The notes below the pieces were generated by a model. It had not been told where the DNA came from and did no database searches. It saw only the letters and a program-made list of their open reading frames with translations. DNA of 64,000 nucleotides, from NCBI GenBank assembly GCA_964016885.1, contig OZ024741.1, positions 38,750,001-38,814,000 of the forward strand, in the 5' to 3' direction. Shown one piece after another: positions 13,850 through 28,664 of the stretch; the first letter of the stretch is position 1, and each line of letters begins with the position of its first letter. The stretch comes from Eledone cirrhosa (Eukaryota). The translations under genes and the position numbers were made by a program.

Positions 13850-16260
13850 CTTTCTTTATTAACCACAAGGGTTGACGTAAAGTATAACATTAAGGAGAGC
13901 ACAGGACGGTACAAATGGGCATTTGCGCGTGTAAAGAAAAAGCAATAACAACGGAAATGACAAAAAAAAGAAGGAAAGGAAAATACCCTAATAGGGGTGG
14001 GGGAGACTTCCGAGGGACACTCGTGGAGAAAGCCCATTAACAAAGCCACGGTGACCCTGACCACCAGAGCAAGTGCCCTCTCCCAGTTTTCCACCTCCAA
14101 TTTACAGGCGCATACTCAGAGCAGGCCCATTCACTCGGGCCATGCTTGCCTCTCTCACCCATCTTTCAACAAAAAGCTGGGAAGAGAGCACCTCCCTCTC
14201 TGCCCTGATTTTCCTTTTCAAATGAAATTTGAAAATGTTAATCAGGGCATCACCGAAGAAGTAAGTGCTCGTCTTCTGCCCTTTCAAACGCGTCCAGCAC
14301 ACGACCACTTTCGCCATGGCCACCAGGCAGATAAAAACTGCCTGCCCTTCCCGGCTAAAGGAAGGCAGCGGGGCAATCCTCACGATGGACTCAGCTGATA
14401 GCCGGATCCATCCTACACGCGACAGCAGATGTTTGACAAAAACCCACAAGTCAGCAATGCTCGCACACTGGACGAGTGCGTGCAGGACAGTTTCGTCGCC
14501 CTGCGCGCATTTCAGACAGGCCCGGTTGACGGCACTTCCATGCCTGTAGAGTTTGTCCCGAACTGGCAAAGTTCCCCGGTAGTACTCCCAGGGTAGGGAT
14601 TTCTGGAAGTTGTCCATTGGCCCCAGCCCGAAAGTTCTCCCGAAGAGATTGGCTAGTTGATATTCGTCGACACCCAGAGTCTCCTCAAGGACGTCGTTGC
14701 TCTTTCCCTCCGCTAACCCTCTATAGAACCCCAAGGTGTAGTGTCCACCGATCGCATCGCCCGATTGGTCGAGGGCTGTGAGCGCCTGAAGACATTCCAA
14801 TCTCCAAGCGCTGCCTCGCGGTGTTGGCTTGATCCATTACTGCAGCCCCGTCAAGGAGACGAGCTGGGGAAAAACGCGTCTAGCAAATGGCGACCAAACC
14901 TGATCACCGTCAAGGAAGAGGTGGAGATACCGTAGCCTGCTTGCACATCATCAGCCACGGCATGCCCAGCCCTTCATGTAGCGGGTGTTGACAACAAATC
15001 GACCACCTGCCCATCGGAACGCGTCCAACGCTGTCAGGTGAGGCTTAGGACAAGGAACGATGGTCAGGCGGTAGCAGATGTACGCGTTCACCACCTCCGC
15101 TCGACCTTTCAGGGATACTTTCATCTCGGCCCATTTCTGGGCGAGAGAAGCCACCTTGCTCGTTACTTCGCCCCAGTTTTGGAGGTTCGTTACTTCGCCC
15201 CAGTTCTGGAGGTTCGGACCGAACCAGACCCTAGCAATTTAACCGCTTGGATCAGGAGCTCCATTCCAGAACCAGACCAGTGTTCTTGTTTAATTTTCAA
15301 GACTTCGATAACTTTTATGTTGTCTTCGATGTCGATGAGGACGGTAGCCATCAGCCAGAGAATTTCAATGGCCGTCGGTACCTGAGTCACTTTTACTCTC
15401 ACGAGCCTTTGTCCGCAGTAACTTGGGACTAGTGCGAACTCGTCGCTCTTTAGTGGAACCATGGAGTGCTCTCTGGCTTCCTGTGGGGTTCCAAAGAACG
15501 CATCTATGGTTCCATATCTTCGTCCACGTATGATGTGGGTTTTCTGAGCCCACACATATCCTAAAGCCTTTTGGATCTGGGACTCGGATGCCTGCTACAC
15601 TCGGCATGTTTCTGTATTAATTGTACGGTATGATACAGTACATAGCCGCCAATGTTGCATGGTATTTGATGGAGGAGTGAGGCTGACCCCGTAGCCATTT
15701 TTCTTCATCATTTGCTTGACCTAATTCAGTTGTCCTGGCTTACCTCAATCGTTTCGTTCTTCTTCGCGCTTTCGCAAAAAACAAATTTGGTTTTGTGCTA
15801 GTGTTGTTGTTGTTGATGTTATTCTCATTGTTGCTGTTGTTGTTATTGTTGTTCTTCTTCTTATTATTTTTTTGTTTCAGTTGTTGCTGTGGTGGAGGTG
15901 GTGGTGGTCTTGTTTTATCATTTATGTTGTTGCTGTCGTGCGTTCATTTTGTGTTTAGTTTCCGGTGTTTCAGTATTGATGTTGTCTGTGGTGTTGGCCA
16001 CGCCTATCGTCGTTGTAGGGGGGATGGCGGCATTCAACGTGGTAAACATTGGTAGAGCTGGAAAGTCTGCTTTGTTTTCACCAGAGAAATTTTGGGTGCT
16101 GCTGCTGCTGCTACAGCTGATACTGCTGTTGCTGCTGCTGCTGCTGTTGCTGTTACTGTTTTCAGAATTTTTGGCTGTTCCATTCTATGGATAGTCTGTC
16201 ATTTCGTTTAGCGGATGCAATATTTTTGTCCGCCATCTTAATTTTCGTAGAAAATTCAGG
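13850..16260 (-). mobile_element. Internally deleted Tx1/L1-like LINE (ORF1-like 5' part joined to ORF2 3' part)
   Basis: ORF 14102-14800 has YRGTLPVRDKLYRHG...CLKC...ETVLHALVQC. 14950-15250 has VKLLGSGS...SLKGRAEVVNAYI (post-RT region). 15250-16240 is a broken ORF1-like region. AATAAA near 13860. Confidence 0.7.
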
Positions 16261-16534
16261 AGCGTGTTTCAAAAACAACACAGATTTGGCCCCTAAGAGC
16301 TTCAAGTGGAGCTTGAAGCTCTTAGGATACTGGCTTACTTAGCTTCAAAATGATATCAAAATTTCACTACAAAAAGTTGAATAACAGTGAAAATAAAACA
16401 AAGTTACAGGAGCTAAGTGAATCACGTCTTGAAAGACTGAACCATAATAATAATAATAATTGTTTCTACTTTTAGCACAAGGCCAGCAATCATTCACCCT
16501 TTATAATAATAATAATAATGATTTCTTTATTTAA

Positions 16535-17350
16535 TAATAATTGTTTCTACTTTAGGCACAAGGCCAGCAATCACCAGTTCATTACTGGTACTTTATTTTA
16601 TCGACCCCGTAAGGATGAAAGGCAAAGTCAACCTCGGCGGGATTTGAACTCAGATCGTAAAGGGACGTAACTATGCTGGAAAGCATGGCGTCCGACCCTC
16701 TACCGATACTGCCAATATTTAATAATAATGATTTCTTTTATAATAATAATAATAATAAGAAGAAGAACAACAATCAGGAACGAAGTATCAATGCGACATC
16801 AATATAATTTTATTCACACGTGACGCGCTTTTCGCACTCGTTCAGCTCAAGGTAAGATCGGTTGTGATCGGGCCCGACTATGGAATCGTACATTGAGCTG
16901 ATTAATAAACATTATATTGATATTATATTGATACATTGTTCCCACTGGCAGTATCGGTAGAGGGTCGGACGCCATGCTTTGACGTATGTAGTTACGGCCC
17001 TTGCCATTCTGAGTTCAAATCCGGCCGAGGTTAACTTTGCCTTTCATCCTTACGGGGTCGATAAAATAAAGTACCAGTAATGTACTGGTTATTTGCTGGC
17101 CTTGTGCCAAAAGTAGAAACAATTATTATTATTAACTTTCTGTGAGGGCGGTGGATTGGTAGTATCGGTAGAGCATAGGACATACTTTACCGCTAGAGCT
17201 ACGGCCTTTTACGTTCTTAGTTGACATCCTGCCGAGGTTAACTTTGCCTTTCATCCTTACGGGGTCGGTAACGTACTGGGGTACTGGGGTCGATTTAATT
17301 GACTTCCCCTCCGTAAAAATTGTTGGCCTTTCTGCCTACATCAGAAATTA
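16535..17350. mobile_element. Cluster of tRNA-derived SINEs (about 16535-16715 minus, 16946-17130 plus, 17146-17350 plus)
   Basis: A-box-like TGGCAGTATCGG, B-box GAGTTCAAATCC, central GCCTTTCATCCTTACGGGGTCGATAAAATAAAGTACCAGT (Nin/Deu-domain-like), (ATT)n tail. Confidence 0.9.
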
Positions 17351-17538
17351 TTATCAACACTGCACGTTATGGATACCCAAACTGGTGAAGACACAAAGGT
17401 AGAGCCCCACACCTGTAGCCGTATTCACATAATAGCATTGAATGCTGAAACATGTGAATCATAAGTAACTAAACGTTACACAACTATAAACTATTTCTAT
17501 CTCTCTCTCTCTCCGTCTCTCTCTCTCTATCTCTCTCT

Positions 17539-17603
<65 letters not shown>

Positions 17604-17633
17604 CGCACAGGCACACACACACATATATATATA

Positions 17634-18733
<1,100 letters not shown>

Positions 18734-18734
18734 C

Positions 18735-18766
<32 letters not shown>

Positions 18767-18985
18767 TTCGTTTCTGAATTTGTTTAGCAAGATTTTTTTA
18801 TCTGAAAACGTGTGTTTGAAACCGATATTGTTATGCTTTGGGAGGGTCATGTTGCCAATAAGAAACACACGCATAGTACATATAAAGCAGCAGCCTGGAA
18901 CTCTACTTTTTATAATCCTTCCGATATGTCCTTCGACCTACGATGAGTCCACGCCACGACTTTAGCTTTTAACAAACGCACGCCA

Positions 18986-21278
18986 TTGCCGTCGCAAGTC
19001 GATGAACAAACAGAAGCACAATTTAGTATAGCTAGATCTAAACTTAGAAATATTATAGAACAGTATAGCAAGAAGCAAAATAGAATGGAGGCCCAGCAAC
19101 TGGGAGAAAAATCTGCAAATGGCTTGCGTAAGCTCATGCAGCGCTTGCGTAATGGAGAGATTGCATGCTTTCCAACAGACAAGTCTGGCAGAATGTCGGT
19201 TGACAATCTGTCAAACTACATCCAGGCAATGCAACCCCACATCACTAACACAAGAGAAGTAATACCACAAGAGCATGAGGATAGGGAGAAAACTCTCAAT
19301 GCCCATATGATGATGTGGAAAAACATAATTCAGCCCAATAAAAGGACTGCCAACAACTTCCAGGCCTGGAACAATGACGTGCCAGCGTTTGTATGGGCTT
19401 CGAAAACACCATAAAACGAGCAGTGACCCTGTCACAGGACCCCCAACACGGCCAGTCTGTGGAGCTAACATTGCTAGTAGCTACAGACTTTCCTACTTCC
19501 TCTCCCTGATCATACGCCCCATCATTGAAATTTCCCCAGATATATGTGACAGCACGGAGGACCTCCTCAGCAGAATCAGCGAAAGTAATCGATCTATGGA
19601 CCTACCAAACTGTATAATAGGTAGTATGGATGTTGTGTCCCTATATCTATCCATTGACGTGGATTTTGCTGTGGAGAAATGCTTAGAAATGATCAGTGAG
19701 AGCAATGTTGAATTCCGTGGGATTGATTCCAGTGAGCTGGGACTCCTACTTAAACTTACCTATAGTAATGTTTATCTAGATACATATGACCTTAGCAACC
19801 TGTGCCCTACAAGACCAGCAAGAGGCAGACCACCTACCATTACCTCAATGGCCAAGAAAACCCACACAGATAGATGGAACGGGTGGACCAGAGCCATACG
19901 GATCCCCGAAAACCACGATGAACTAAAGAAAATGATTGCACATGCGGTGGGGGCCAGCATAAAATTAACCCTTAAGGAGCGTATGTTCAAATTTAATGGA
20001 AAAACATATGCCCAAGAGGAGGGAGCAGCCATTGGTGTTAGCATTGCAGATGACATAGCTAACCTATTCATGGTATGGTGGGACAATAAACTTAAAGAAC
20101 AATTAGAAGACACCAACCTCTTAATCCTGATAATGTACTCCCGCTACGTTGATGATATAAACATCGTAGTAAAAACACCCCCACCAGAGAACAGTCAGGA
20201 ATTAGAGAAAAACACCATAGAAAGCATCCAGCAAATAGCTAACTCCATCCACCAGAGTATTAGAGTTACTATAGACTATCCAAGCAAACACCCCAACCAC
20301 CGATTACCTGTACTAGACACAGAGCTCTGGTTAGAAACCATTAATAACAAAAAAACAAATCCTCCATTCCCATTATGCCAAACCCATGACTTCCAAATAT
20401 CTGATCCACCGAAACTCAGCTGTTTCGGACCACACCAAAATCAACATACTGATTGCGGATTTGGTACGGGTGATTAGAAACGTGTCCCGCATGTGCAACC
20501 CCAAAGAACTAGAGAGACACATACAACACTTCATCCACCGTATGCAGTTCTCTGGTTACAATCAGAGAGATAAAATCAGAGTATATAGAGGAGCCAGAAT
20601 CAAATGGGGAAAAAATGGTAAATAATGATACAAATGGGACCTGCCCCTTGTATAGGAGCAAATTTTGGAATAGAATAGAAAGAACTAGGAATAAGGTTAA
20701 TAGAATAAACTCATGGTATGATAGCAATAAATACCAGAGTGTAATGTTCATCAATACAACACCTAGAGGTGAATTAGCTTTCAAATTTAGAAGGGCCCTA
20801 GATAAACATAAACTCAATATTAAGATAGTAGAAAGACCAGGTACCTCCATAAAAAACACTTATTAGTAATACATACCCTTTTCAAAGACCTCCCTGTATA
20901 GATAAGAAATGTATAATCTGTAAACTAAGCCCCCATATTAAGTGTAAAACTAGAAATGTAGTATATAGCATAAGATGTACTGAAGGAGAATGTAGAGATA
21001 AGAATATAGTGTACATAGGTGAGGCAGCTCGTAGTATAGGAGGATGGATAAATGAACACTGGCGAGAGCATCAAGATAGAAAAGAATCATCTGTACTACA
21101 CGAACATGCTAAAATAGAACATAAGTGTAAATTAGAGAACATAGAAATAAAAATAGAATCCACACACAGAAAAGACGCAATGTTTAGACAAATCACAGAG
21201 GCAATAAACATAAATGAACTCCAACCAAAATTAAATAGAAAACATGAGTGGAACAGCAACATCACAACTTACAATTAA
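18986..21278 (+). pseudogene. Penelope RT + GIY-YIG endonuclease, frameshifted into about 5 pieces
   Basis: PTDKSGR, LYGLRKHHK, PTRPVCG, GSMDVVSLY, YAQEEGAAIG, YSRYVDD, LPVLDTELW. Then CIDKKCIIC (Cx4Cx2C linker), CKTRNVVYSIRC..EC..VYIGEAAR..EH, RQITEA. Confidence 0.9.
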
Positions 21279-21472
21279 GGACAAAATGAAAAAAACACAT
21301 AGAACAAACAACCAACCAGTAACATGTAAAAAAACAAATAAATAAACAAATATAAACACACACAGACACCCGGATGTAATACATGCGCAAACTAAGCACA
21401 CAACACACACAAAAAGAAGATGGTGTAGGACAGAACAAAGGCGAGGCACAAAAACAAAGAAAAGAATCCCCA

Positions 21473-21515
21473 GTCACTGAAGAGGTCACAGAATGTGTGA
21501 CGAAAGAACTTTGAC
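21473..21515 (+). ncRNA. Minimal hammerhead ribozyme in the Penelope 3' pseudo-LTR
   Basis: gtca-CTGAAGA-g-gtcaca(gaatg)tgtgac-GAAA-gaac-TT-tgac. Confidence 0.8.
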
Positions 21516-21672
21516 AATATATGAACAACCGTCCGGTTGTGGAACCAACCAACCAACCATCCGGAAATTTATAAATTCTTAAATTTATAAATTTAATTTA
21601 TAATAATTTGGAGTGAAAGGAACTGGTGCGTGTGTTTCTTATTGGCAACATGACCCTCCCAAAATATAACAA

Positions 21673-21796
<124 letters not shown>

Positions 21797-21980
21797 GATC
21801 GACTTTCATCAAATCGGACCGAGGAAACAATGTTTTCGTCGGTCTTTCCAGTTGCTAATACTATCAATCGGTCGCAACTCCAGGTAGAAGGAGCAACGTG
21901 AAATAGAGTGTCTTGCTCAAGGCCATAACACATCACTCGGTCCAGGAATCGAAGTGACAACCCCACGATTGTCAATCCAG
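21797..21980 (-). mobile_element. SINE, second family
   Basis: Minus strand AATCGTGGGGTTGTCACTTCGATTCCTGGACCG...CCTTGAGCAAGACACTCTATTTCACGTTGCTCC. Relatives at about 34115-34280 (+) and 49070-49400 (-). Confidence 0.7.
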
Positions 21981-22016
21981 TATGTGTATACATATAAAAG
22001 GAAAAGTAATTATTAG

Positions 22017-22178
22017 ATTGGCAGTATCGGTATAGGATCGGTAGAGTTACGGCCCTTGCCATTCTGAGTTCAAATCCCGCCGGTGTTAACTTTGCCTTTC
22101 ATCCTTATGGGGTCGATAAAATAGAGCACCAGTAATACACTTGGTGACTGCTGGCCTTGTGCCAATAGTAGAAACAAG
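22017..22178 (+). mobile_element. tRNA-derived SINE (main family)
   Basis: Same A/B boxes and central domain as the 16.9-kb copy. Confidence 0.9.
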
Positions 22179-22180
22179 TA

Positions 22181-22271
22181 TCTTAATGACTTAAACTGGT
22201 GCAAAAATAAATATAATTAATATTAATTTAAGATAGATTACAGTTGGGATTGACAACTTCGGACAAGCGAG

Positions 22272-22359
<88 letters not shown>

Positions 22360-22513
22360 CGCATACACAGACATACACATGTATATATGAGTGTGTACGC
22401 TCGCTTGTCCGAAGTTGTCACTGCACTGTCAAAGATCAAACGCAATCCCAACTGTAATCTATCTTAAATTAATTTTAATTATGTTTATTTTTCCACCAGT
22501 TTAAGTCATTAAG
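22181..22513. repeat. Inverted repeat enclosing a (CA)n(TA)n microsatellite
   Basis: 22181-22278 is the reverse complement of 22391-22513; the left arm lacks about 22 bp. Confidence 0.85.
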
Positions 22514-22925
22514 AAAATAATTATTTTTCTTCAAACTGGCTCCAAATTGACACCAATGAAATATCTTGGCTCAAAAGCTTAATTAAGTTAGTTCTAATTT
22601 CACTATACATATACACATGCTTACATGCGTATATGCATACATACATATATACATACCTATATACATACATACCTGCACACACATGCGCGCATGCAGACAT
22701 GCATTTATATCTTTCTAGTTGATGTTCTTTAAATTCCAATGGAAGGGTCTTGTATCTATGTTAGAAACCAACCCTCTCTCTATTGATAAGAATTTATAAA
22801 ATTATAAAACCAGAACATACATACATATATAGATACTTGTGTGCATGCATACATACACACATATATACATACATTAATAGATAGATACATGTGTATATAC
22901 ATACATACATATATAAATACATACA

Positions 22926-23955
22926 TGGTGGCTGCCAACTCGTTTTCGAGTACGGCCACTACTTTATATCCATGTAGGAGAACCCCTACCGATGCGCTGA
23001 ACGAGTGTGACTTTTTAGTCCAGCCAGCGACTTGAAAACTCTGGTACAAACACTACACTTGTGACAATTATTGACACAGTGATGGGCCCATGGTACCATG
23101 TGACGACAAGTGCAGAGAGATCTCCAGATATAAAGCAATGCCTGTGCCGTGAAGCTTTTATAGTGAGCAAAGGCACTGCACAAAGCCAGTCCCACTATCT
23201 TAACCAAGATGATATTTACCAAAAAGAAGAACAAGTCAACATCATTGGATACCATCAGGGTATACATACATACACACATACATACATACATATATGTATA
23301 TATGTGTGTGTATGTATGTATGTTCTTCCGGTTTTAAAATTTGTGAAATTATAAAACCAGAAGAACATACATACATACATATATGGTGGCTGCCAACTCG
23401 TTTTCGAGTACGGCCACTACTTTATATCCATGTAGGAGAACCCCTACCGATGCGCTGAAAGAGTGTGACTTTTTAGTCCAGCCAGCGACTTGAAAACTCT
23501 GGTACAAACACTACACTTGGTACCATGTGACGACAAGTGCAGAGAGATCTCCAGATATAAAGCAATGCCTGTGCCGTGAAGCTTTTATAGTGAGCAAAGG
23601 CACTGCACAAAGCCAGTCCCACTCTCTTAACCAAGATGATATTTACCAAAAAGAAGAACAAGTCAACATCATTGGATACCATCAGGGTTGCAGGTGTTAT
23701 ATCAGAGTTTTCCTTCTCCTAGAATTCTGCCTTGACAAAGGCTAAGGGGTCATCTCTCCCGGTGATGTTGGATGGCCATTGACTCTTAAGAGCTCCTTTG
23801 CCCTTTGACAGGTTTTGTTTTTAGTCCTGCCGGATGTCCAAAGTCACCCTCCTCACCAAGAAACCTTGGTGGGGTTGCCAGTTTAGTCGCCAACGACCCG
23901 ACCATGAGACAGGTTGTACTGGGATACATGTTACCAGTAGCACCAACTGGTGACC
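22926..23955 (-). mobile_element. Non-autonomous RTE derivative (5' UTR joined to 3' tail) with partial local duplication
   Basis: 3' end encodes CSVCTRVFKSLAGLKSHTRSAH (C2H2) followed by ...GCAGCCACC(ATGT)n, present at 22926 and 23384. The 5' part 23690-23955 matches repeats at 48230, 57632/61838 and 62040. Confidence 0.65.
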
Positions 23956-23984
23956 TGACATATATACAAGCGTACATACATACA

Positions 23985-25290
23985 CACGCCAGTATCTGAT
24001 GAGGACTGTTACAGATATTTAGGGATAGGTGGAAATATTTCCTATGATAGAATCTGTAACAAAGAACGTGTAACCAGGGACTATAACACTCGAATAAGAA
24101 AAATATGGTCTTCTGAAATCTCTCTCAATAAATCAGTTTCTCCTAATGTGTTGGCTGTGCCTGTGCTGACACCAACATTTGGACTACTTGATTATATGCT
24201 AGATGAGATCTGAATCATTGATATTAAAACCCTAAAAGTTCTAACTGGTAATAGAAATTTCCCTACCGACAGTGACATAGAACACCTCTATCTGAAACGT
24301 AAACAGAGAGGCAGAGGATTAACATCACTAGTATTTGAGTGTCGCATCATATAACCCCGACATTATCTACGAACTGCCAAGCGTAGAAGCCCATTTGTAG
24401 AACAAGTCGGTCTACAGATAGCATCATGAAGATTGAGAAAGAGCTCCTTGCAAAATACTCCCTGCAGGATAACCAAATACTCATACCCAGGAAAATTGCC
24501 TAGCAATACCGCAAGGAATCCATGAATGAAACGTTGCACGCTTATCAGCAAAAGAACATGCATGGATATGCTGCAAGAAGGCTTCAATGTGAGAGTAATA
24601 TAGATAAGTAAAATAGTCTATCTTGGACCAACAACTGCTATATTGGCTCTTAATTTGAAAGATATGCTTTTGTAATCCAAGAACAGGAAATAACTACAAA
24701 ATACCCGATTCACAAAAGAGATAGGGATGCAGGCAAAGCATCTACGTGCAGGCAAAGCATCTAGCTTTCCAAAGATATCACCACAGTACTATCTACCTAT
24801 GAGGCATAATGGAGTGGCCAAACACTATACAATACAATCCGTCGAAAGGATAGCCCCGAGAATAAACTTATAACGTTAAAGCAATGAACAGGACAATTAC
24901 ATACATAATATGAAATGGTGGAATATTCCATTCAAAATCCAAATAAAATGCATACATAAACCAGACATAGTGATATGGGACAGAGAAAAATAGGCATGCA
25001 TAGTAGTGGAAATCAGCTGCCCAGCAGGTGTCAATGTAATGTTAAAGCTTAACGAAAAGGAGAACATTTATGCTGAACTAATGAGGAATCTGAAGATACT
25101 CCACCCTGACTATGCTTTTAGATTTGTACCTATGGTCATTGGGGCTCTGGAATATGTTACTAATTGCTTCAGTACAAATCTAGTGAAGTTGGAATTCACA
25201 GTAACAGAAAGTGCTCGGCTAGTTAGGCAGTTGCAAGTACAGCCCATTAACGGATATGGAAAAATATATAAAACATTTCAGCATGTAATA
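23985..25290 (+). mobile_element. R4/Dong-like non-LTR retrotransposon 3' fragment (restriction-like endonuclease), decayed
   Basis: YRYLG thumb motif, LYLKRKQRGRGL, FEGYAFVIQEQEI, RHN, KPDIVIWD...VVEISCP...EKENIY...FVPMVIGA. Confidence 0.8.
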
Positions 25291-25324
25291 ACTGCATACA
25301 CATATGTTTAAATACAGAAAAATA

Positions 25325-26560
25325 TGCACGTTGCATGTCAGCGCCATAGGAGGACCTTCGCCGTCTGGAAATGCAGCAGCAATGCCCTTCCTTATATCAC
25401 GCTTTACTTTCTCGTATGCGATTCTAGATGCCTCAAAGGCAAATTTCCCTTCATATACAGTCTTTCTCCATTTATCACGATCAGCAGCAACATTTTCCCA
25501 TGTATCAGCAGAGATGTTAGCGTCTTTCAAAGAGGCTTTCAAGGAATCCTTATACCTCTTTTTTGGTTTATGTGGAGGTCATTTTCCTTTAACTAACTCT
25601 CCATAAAAGAGTTGTTTTGGTATTCTAGAATCCTTCATCCTGGCAAGGTGACCACTCCAACGGAGTCGTTGCTTAAGCACAAGAGCTTCTATACTGTCAC
25701 ACAGAGAGTTTTCCAAAATCTCGACATCACTGATGTGGTCCCTCCAGTGAACGCCATGGATCCGTCTTAGACACATCTGATGGAAACGCTTCAATTGCTT
25801 AAGGTGGTGTCGATATGTGACCCAGGTCTCGCAGGCTTAAAGAAGAGAAGAGAGCACACATGCCTTGTACACCTTTACCTTTGTCTTCTTGCATATGTCT
25901 CGCCGACCCCAGAGTCGCCTTTCTAGCTTTCCAAAAGCATCACTTGCTTTCCTAATCCTAAGTGAGATTTCACAGTCAAGGTTGCTGTATCGATTGACAG
26001 TGCTTCCCAGGTAGACAAACTGATCAACCACTCCAAGTCGTTTACCATACACATAGATATTTGGTTCACTGTACTGCTTACTAGGAGCAGGTTGGTACAT
26101 GACGACGGTTTTCTTGAGACTGAGAGTCAATCCTAGGGCAGTGCACGCATCATAAAATGCACTCAAAATGTGCTGCATATCACTCTCCGTGTGCGCTACA
26201 AAATCGCAATCTCTTACGATTGATTTAAATACTTTTGTTTTTGCAGCAAAGCGCCTGATTTTAAATATGCTGCCTGAGGTTCAATATCGGATATAAACAC
26301 CATGCTCGCAATTCCTGAATGCAATATAGAAAACCATTGCTAAGTATATGGCAAACAGGGTCGGTGCAGGAATATCCCCCTGTTTCACTCCATTTTTTAT
26401 TGAGATAGGCTCCGACATGTTACCTCCGACGTTAAACCAAGTCTTGATATCGTCATGGAAAGACCTAACTAAAGCAAGGAACTTATCAGGGCAACCAAGT
26501 TTCTGGAGAACTTTCCATAATGCATTTCTGTTAACAGTATCGAAAGCTTTGGTCAGATCG
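25325..26560 (-). mobile_element. RTE-clade LINE RT fragment, decayed
   Basis: DLTKAFDTVNR, GVKQGDIPAPTLF, FVYLGS, RLRWSGHLARM..SRIPKQLFYGEL, WENVAADRDKWR. Confidence 0.9.
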
Positions 26561-26911
26561 ACATACATACATACATACATACATACATACATACATACAT
26601 ACATACATACATACGTACATACATACGTAATACATACATATATGAATACATACATGAATACATACATAGACACATACATACATACATACATACATGCATG
26701 CACATGACCGGCTTTTGCAGTTTCTCTCTCAAATTCCACTCACAAGGCATTTGGTGACCCATGGGTGGGGTGGGGGGGGAGCATAGAAGATGGCACTTGC
26801 ACATTTTCCACACAACTGGACTGAACCACGTAGTTATTAACTACACAGACATATCTATCTCTCTCTCTGTCCCTCTCTCTCGCTCTCTCTCTCTCTTTCT
26901 CTCTCTCTCTG

Positions 26912-26946
<35 letters not shown>

Positions 26947-26947
<1 letters not shown>

Positions 26948-27165
26948 AGAGATGTCAACATGAATGGACCTGTTATTTTTATCTAAAGACATTTTTTCCA
27001 ATTCCAACCACCCGCCCCCTCAATCTATCTTATTTCTCATTCTTTCTTCTGATGAAGGACTAGCGGCCGAAATATGAAGACTCTCTTCCTGCTATATCAA
27101 ACGTTAGCCTAATATATCCCTTCCATATACTATACCGATTGTGTTGTTATTTCTGTTTACCTTTT

Positions 27166-27167
<2 letters not shown>
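26947..27167 (+). mobile_element. About 220-bp HHR-bearing non-coding element between TA/CA runs (copy 1, HHR decayed)
   Basis: Alignable over its full length with 42263-42487. HHR at 27045-27080: tctt-CTGATGA-a-ggac(tagc)ggcc-GAAA-tatg-aaga. Confidence 0.8.
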
Positions 27168-27206
<39 letters not shown>

Positions 27207-27240
27207 CACACACATATATATATATATATACATATATGTA

Positions 27241-27278
<38 letters not shown>

Positions 27279-27313
27279 TATATACATGTATATATATATA
27301 TATACATATATAT

Positions 27314-27413
<100 letters not shown>

Positions 27414-27435
27414 GTATATAAATATATATATGTAT

Positions 27436-27467
<32 letters not shown>

Positions 27468-27752
27468 GCGAAAGGTGCCTGTATGCAACGCATGCAGTGC
27501 ATGCCTTATAGAATCTAGAGTCGATCAATTGCGTTGGTTGAAGCAAGCAGAATTTTGGCTGCTTGCTAAATCGTAGACACATAAAAAGTTAACACACACA
27601 CACACACACTACATAACCCTACTTGCGGCTTTGATCGGGAGGGTCATTTAGAGGGAATTGGGGGGGGGGGGGGGGGCTTGACACCCCCAGTTTCCGCGAT
27701 GGTGATTGGATGCATGCCCCGCTTTCCAGGTTACCCTTCGGCACATATATAC

Positions 27753-27809
<57 letters not shown>

Positions 27810-27811
27810 TG

Positions 27812-27848
<37 letters not shown>

Positions 27849-27857
27849 ATATATGTA

Positions 27858-27918
<61 letters not shown>

Positions 27919-27975
27919 ATATATTGGGATATATATATATATATATACACATATATATACGTATATACATACATA

Positions 27976-28047
<72 letters not shown>

Positions 28048-28056
28048 AATATATAC

Positions 28057-28134
<78 letters not shown>

Positions 28135-28267
28135 ACATATATATGTATATATATGTAAATATATGTATGTATATGCGTGTGTGTGTGTATTGTATACTGA
28201 TCACTAATGGATTAGTTGTCTTACTCCACTTACTTCTCCTTATTTTCAGTCTTTACAAACAAAGTGC

Positions 28268-28664
28268 CACCACCACCTCCACCATCACCACCACCACCAC
28301 CACCACTTCCATCATCACCACCATCACCACCACCATCAGCACCACCACCAATACCACCGCCACCACCACCACCTCCATCATCACCACCATCACCACCACC
28401 ATCACCACCACCACCAATACCACCACCACCACCACCACCACCACCATCAACACCACCATCACCACCACCACCATCACCACCACCACCACCACCATCACCA
28501 CCACCACCACGACCATCACCACCACCGCCACCACCACCATCACAACCGCCACCACCACTACCACCACCAATACCCCCAACACCCACACCACCACCACCAC
28601 CACCATCACCACCACCACCACCACCACCACCACCATCTCCACCACCATCACCGCCACCACCACC
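28268..28664. repeat. Imperfect (ACC)n microsatellite
   Basis: Direct inspection; explains the poly-P/T/G/V ORFs. Confidence 0.95.

Noticed and set aside
16946-17030. tRNA gene
   Set aside because: A/B boxes belong to SINE heads; no cloverleaf, and the sequence continues into the SINE body.
23997-24075. CTGATGAGGAC followed by a long stem
   Set aside because: Lies in R4-like coding sequence (SDEDCYRYLG) and no GAAA closes the stem.
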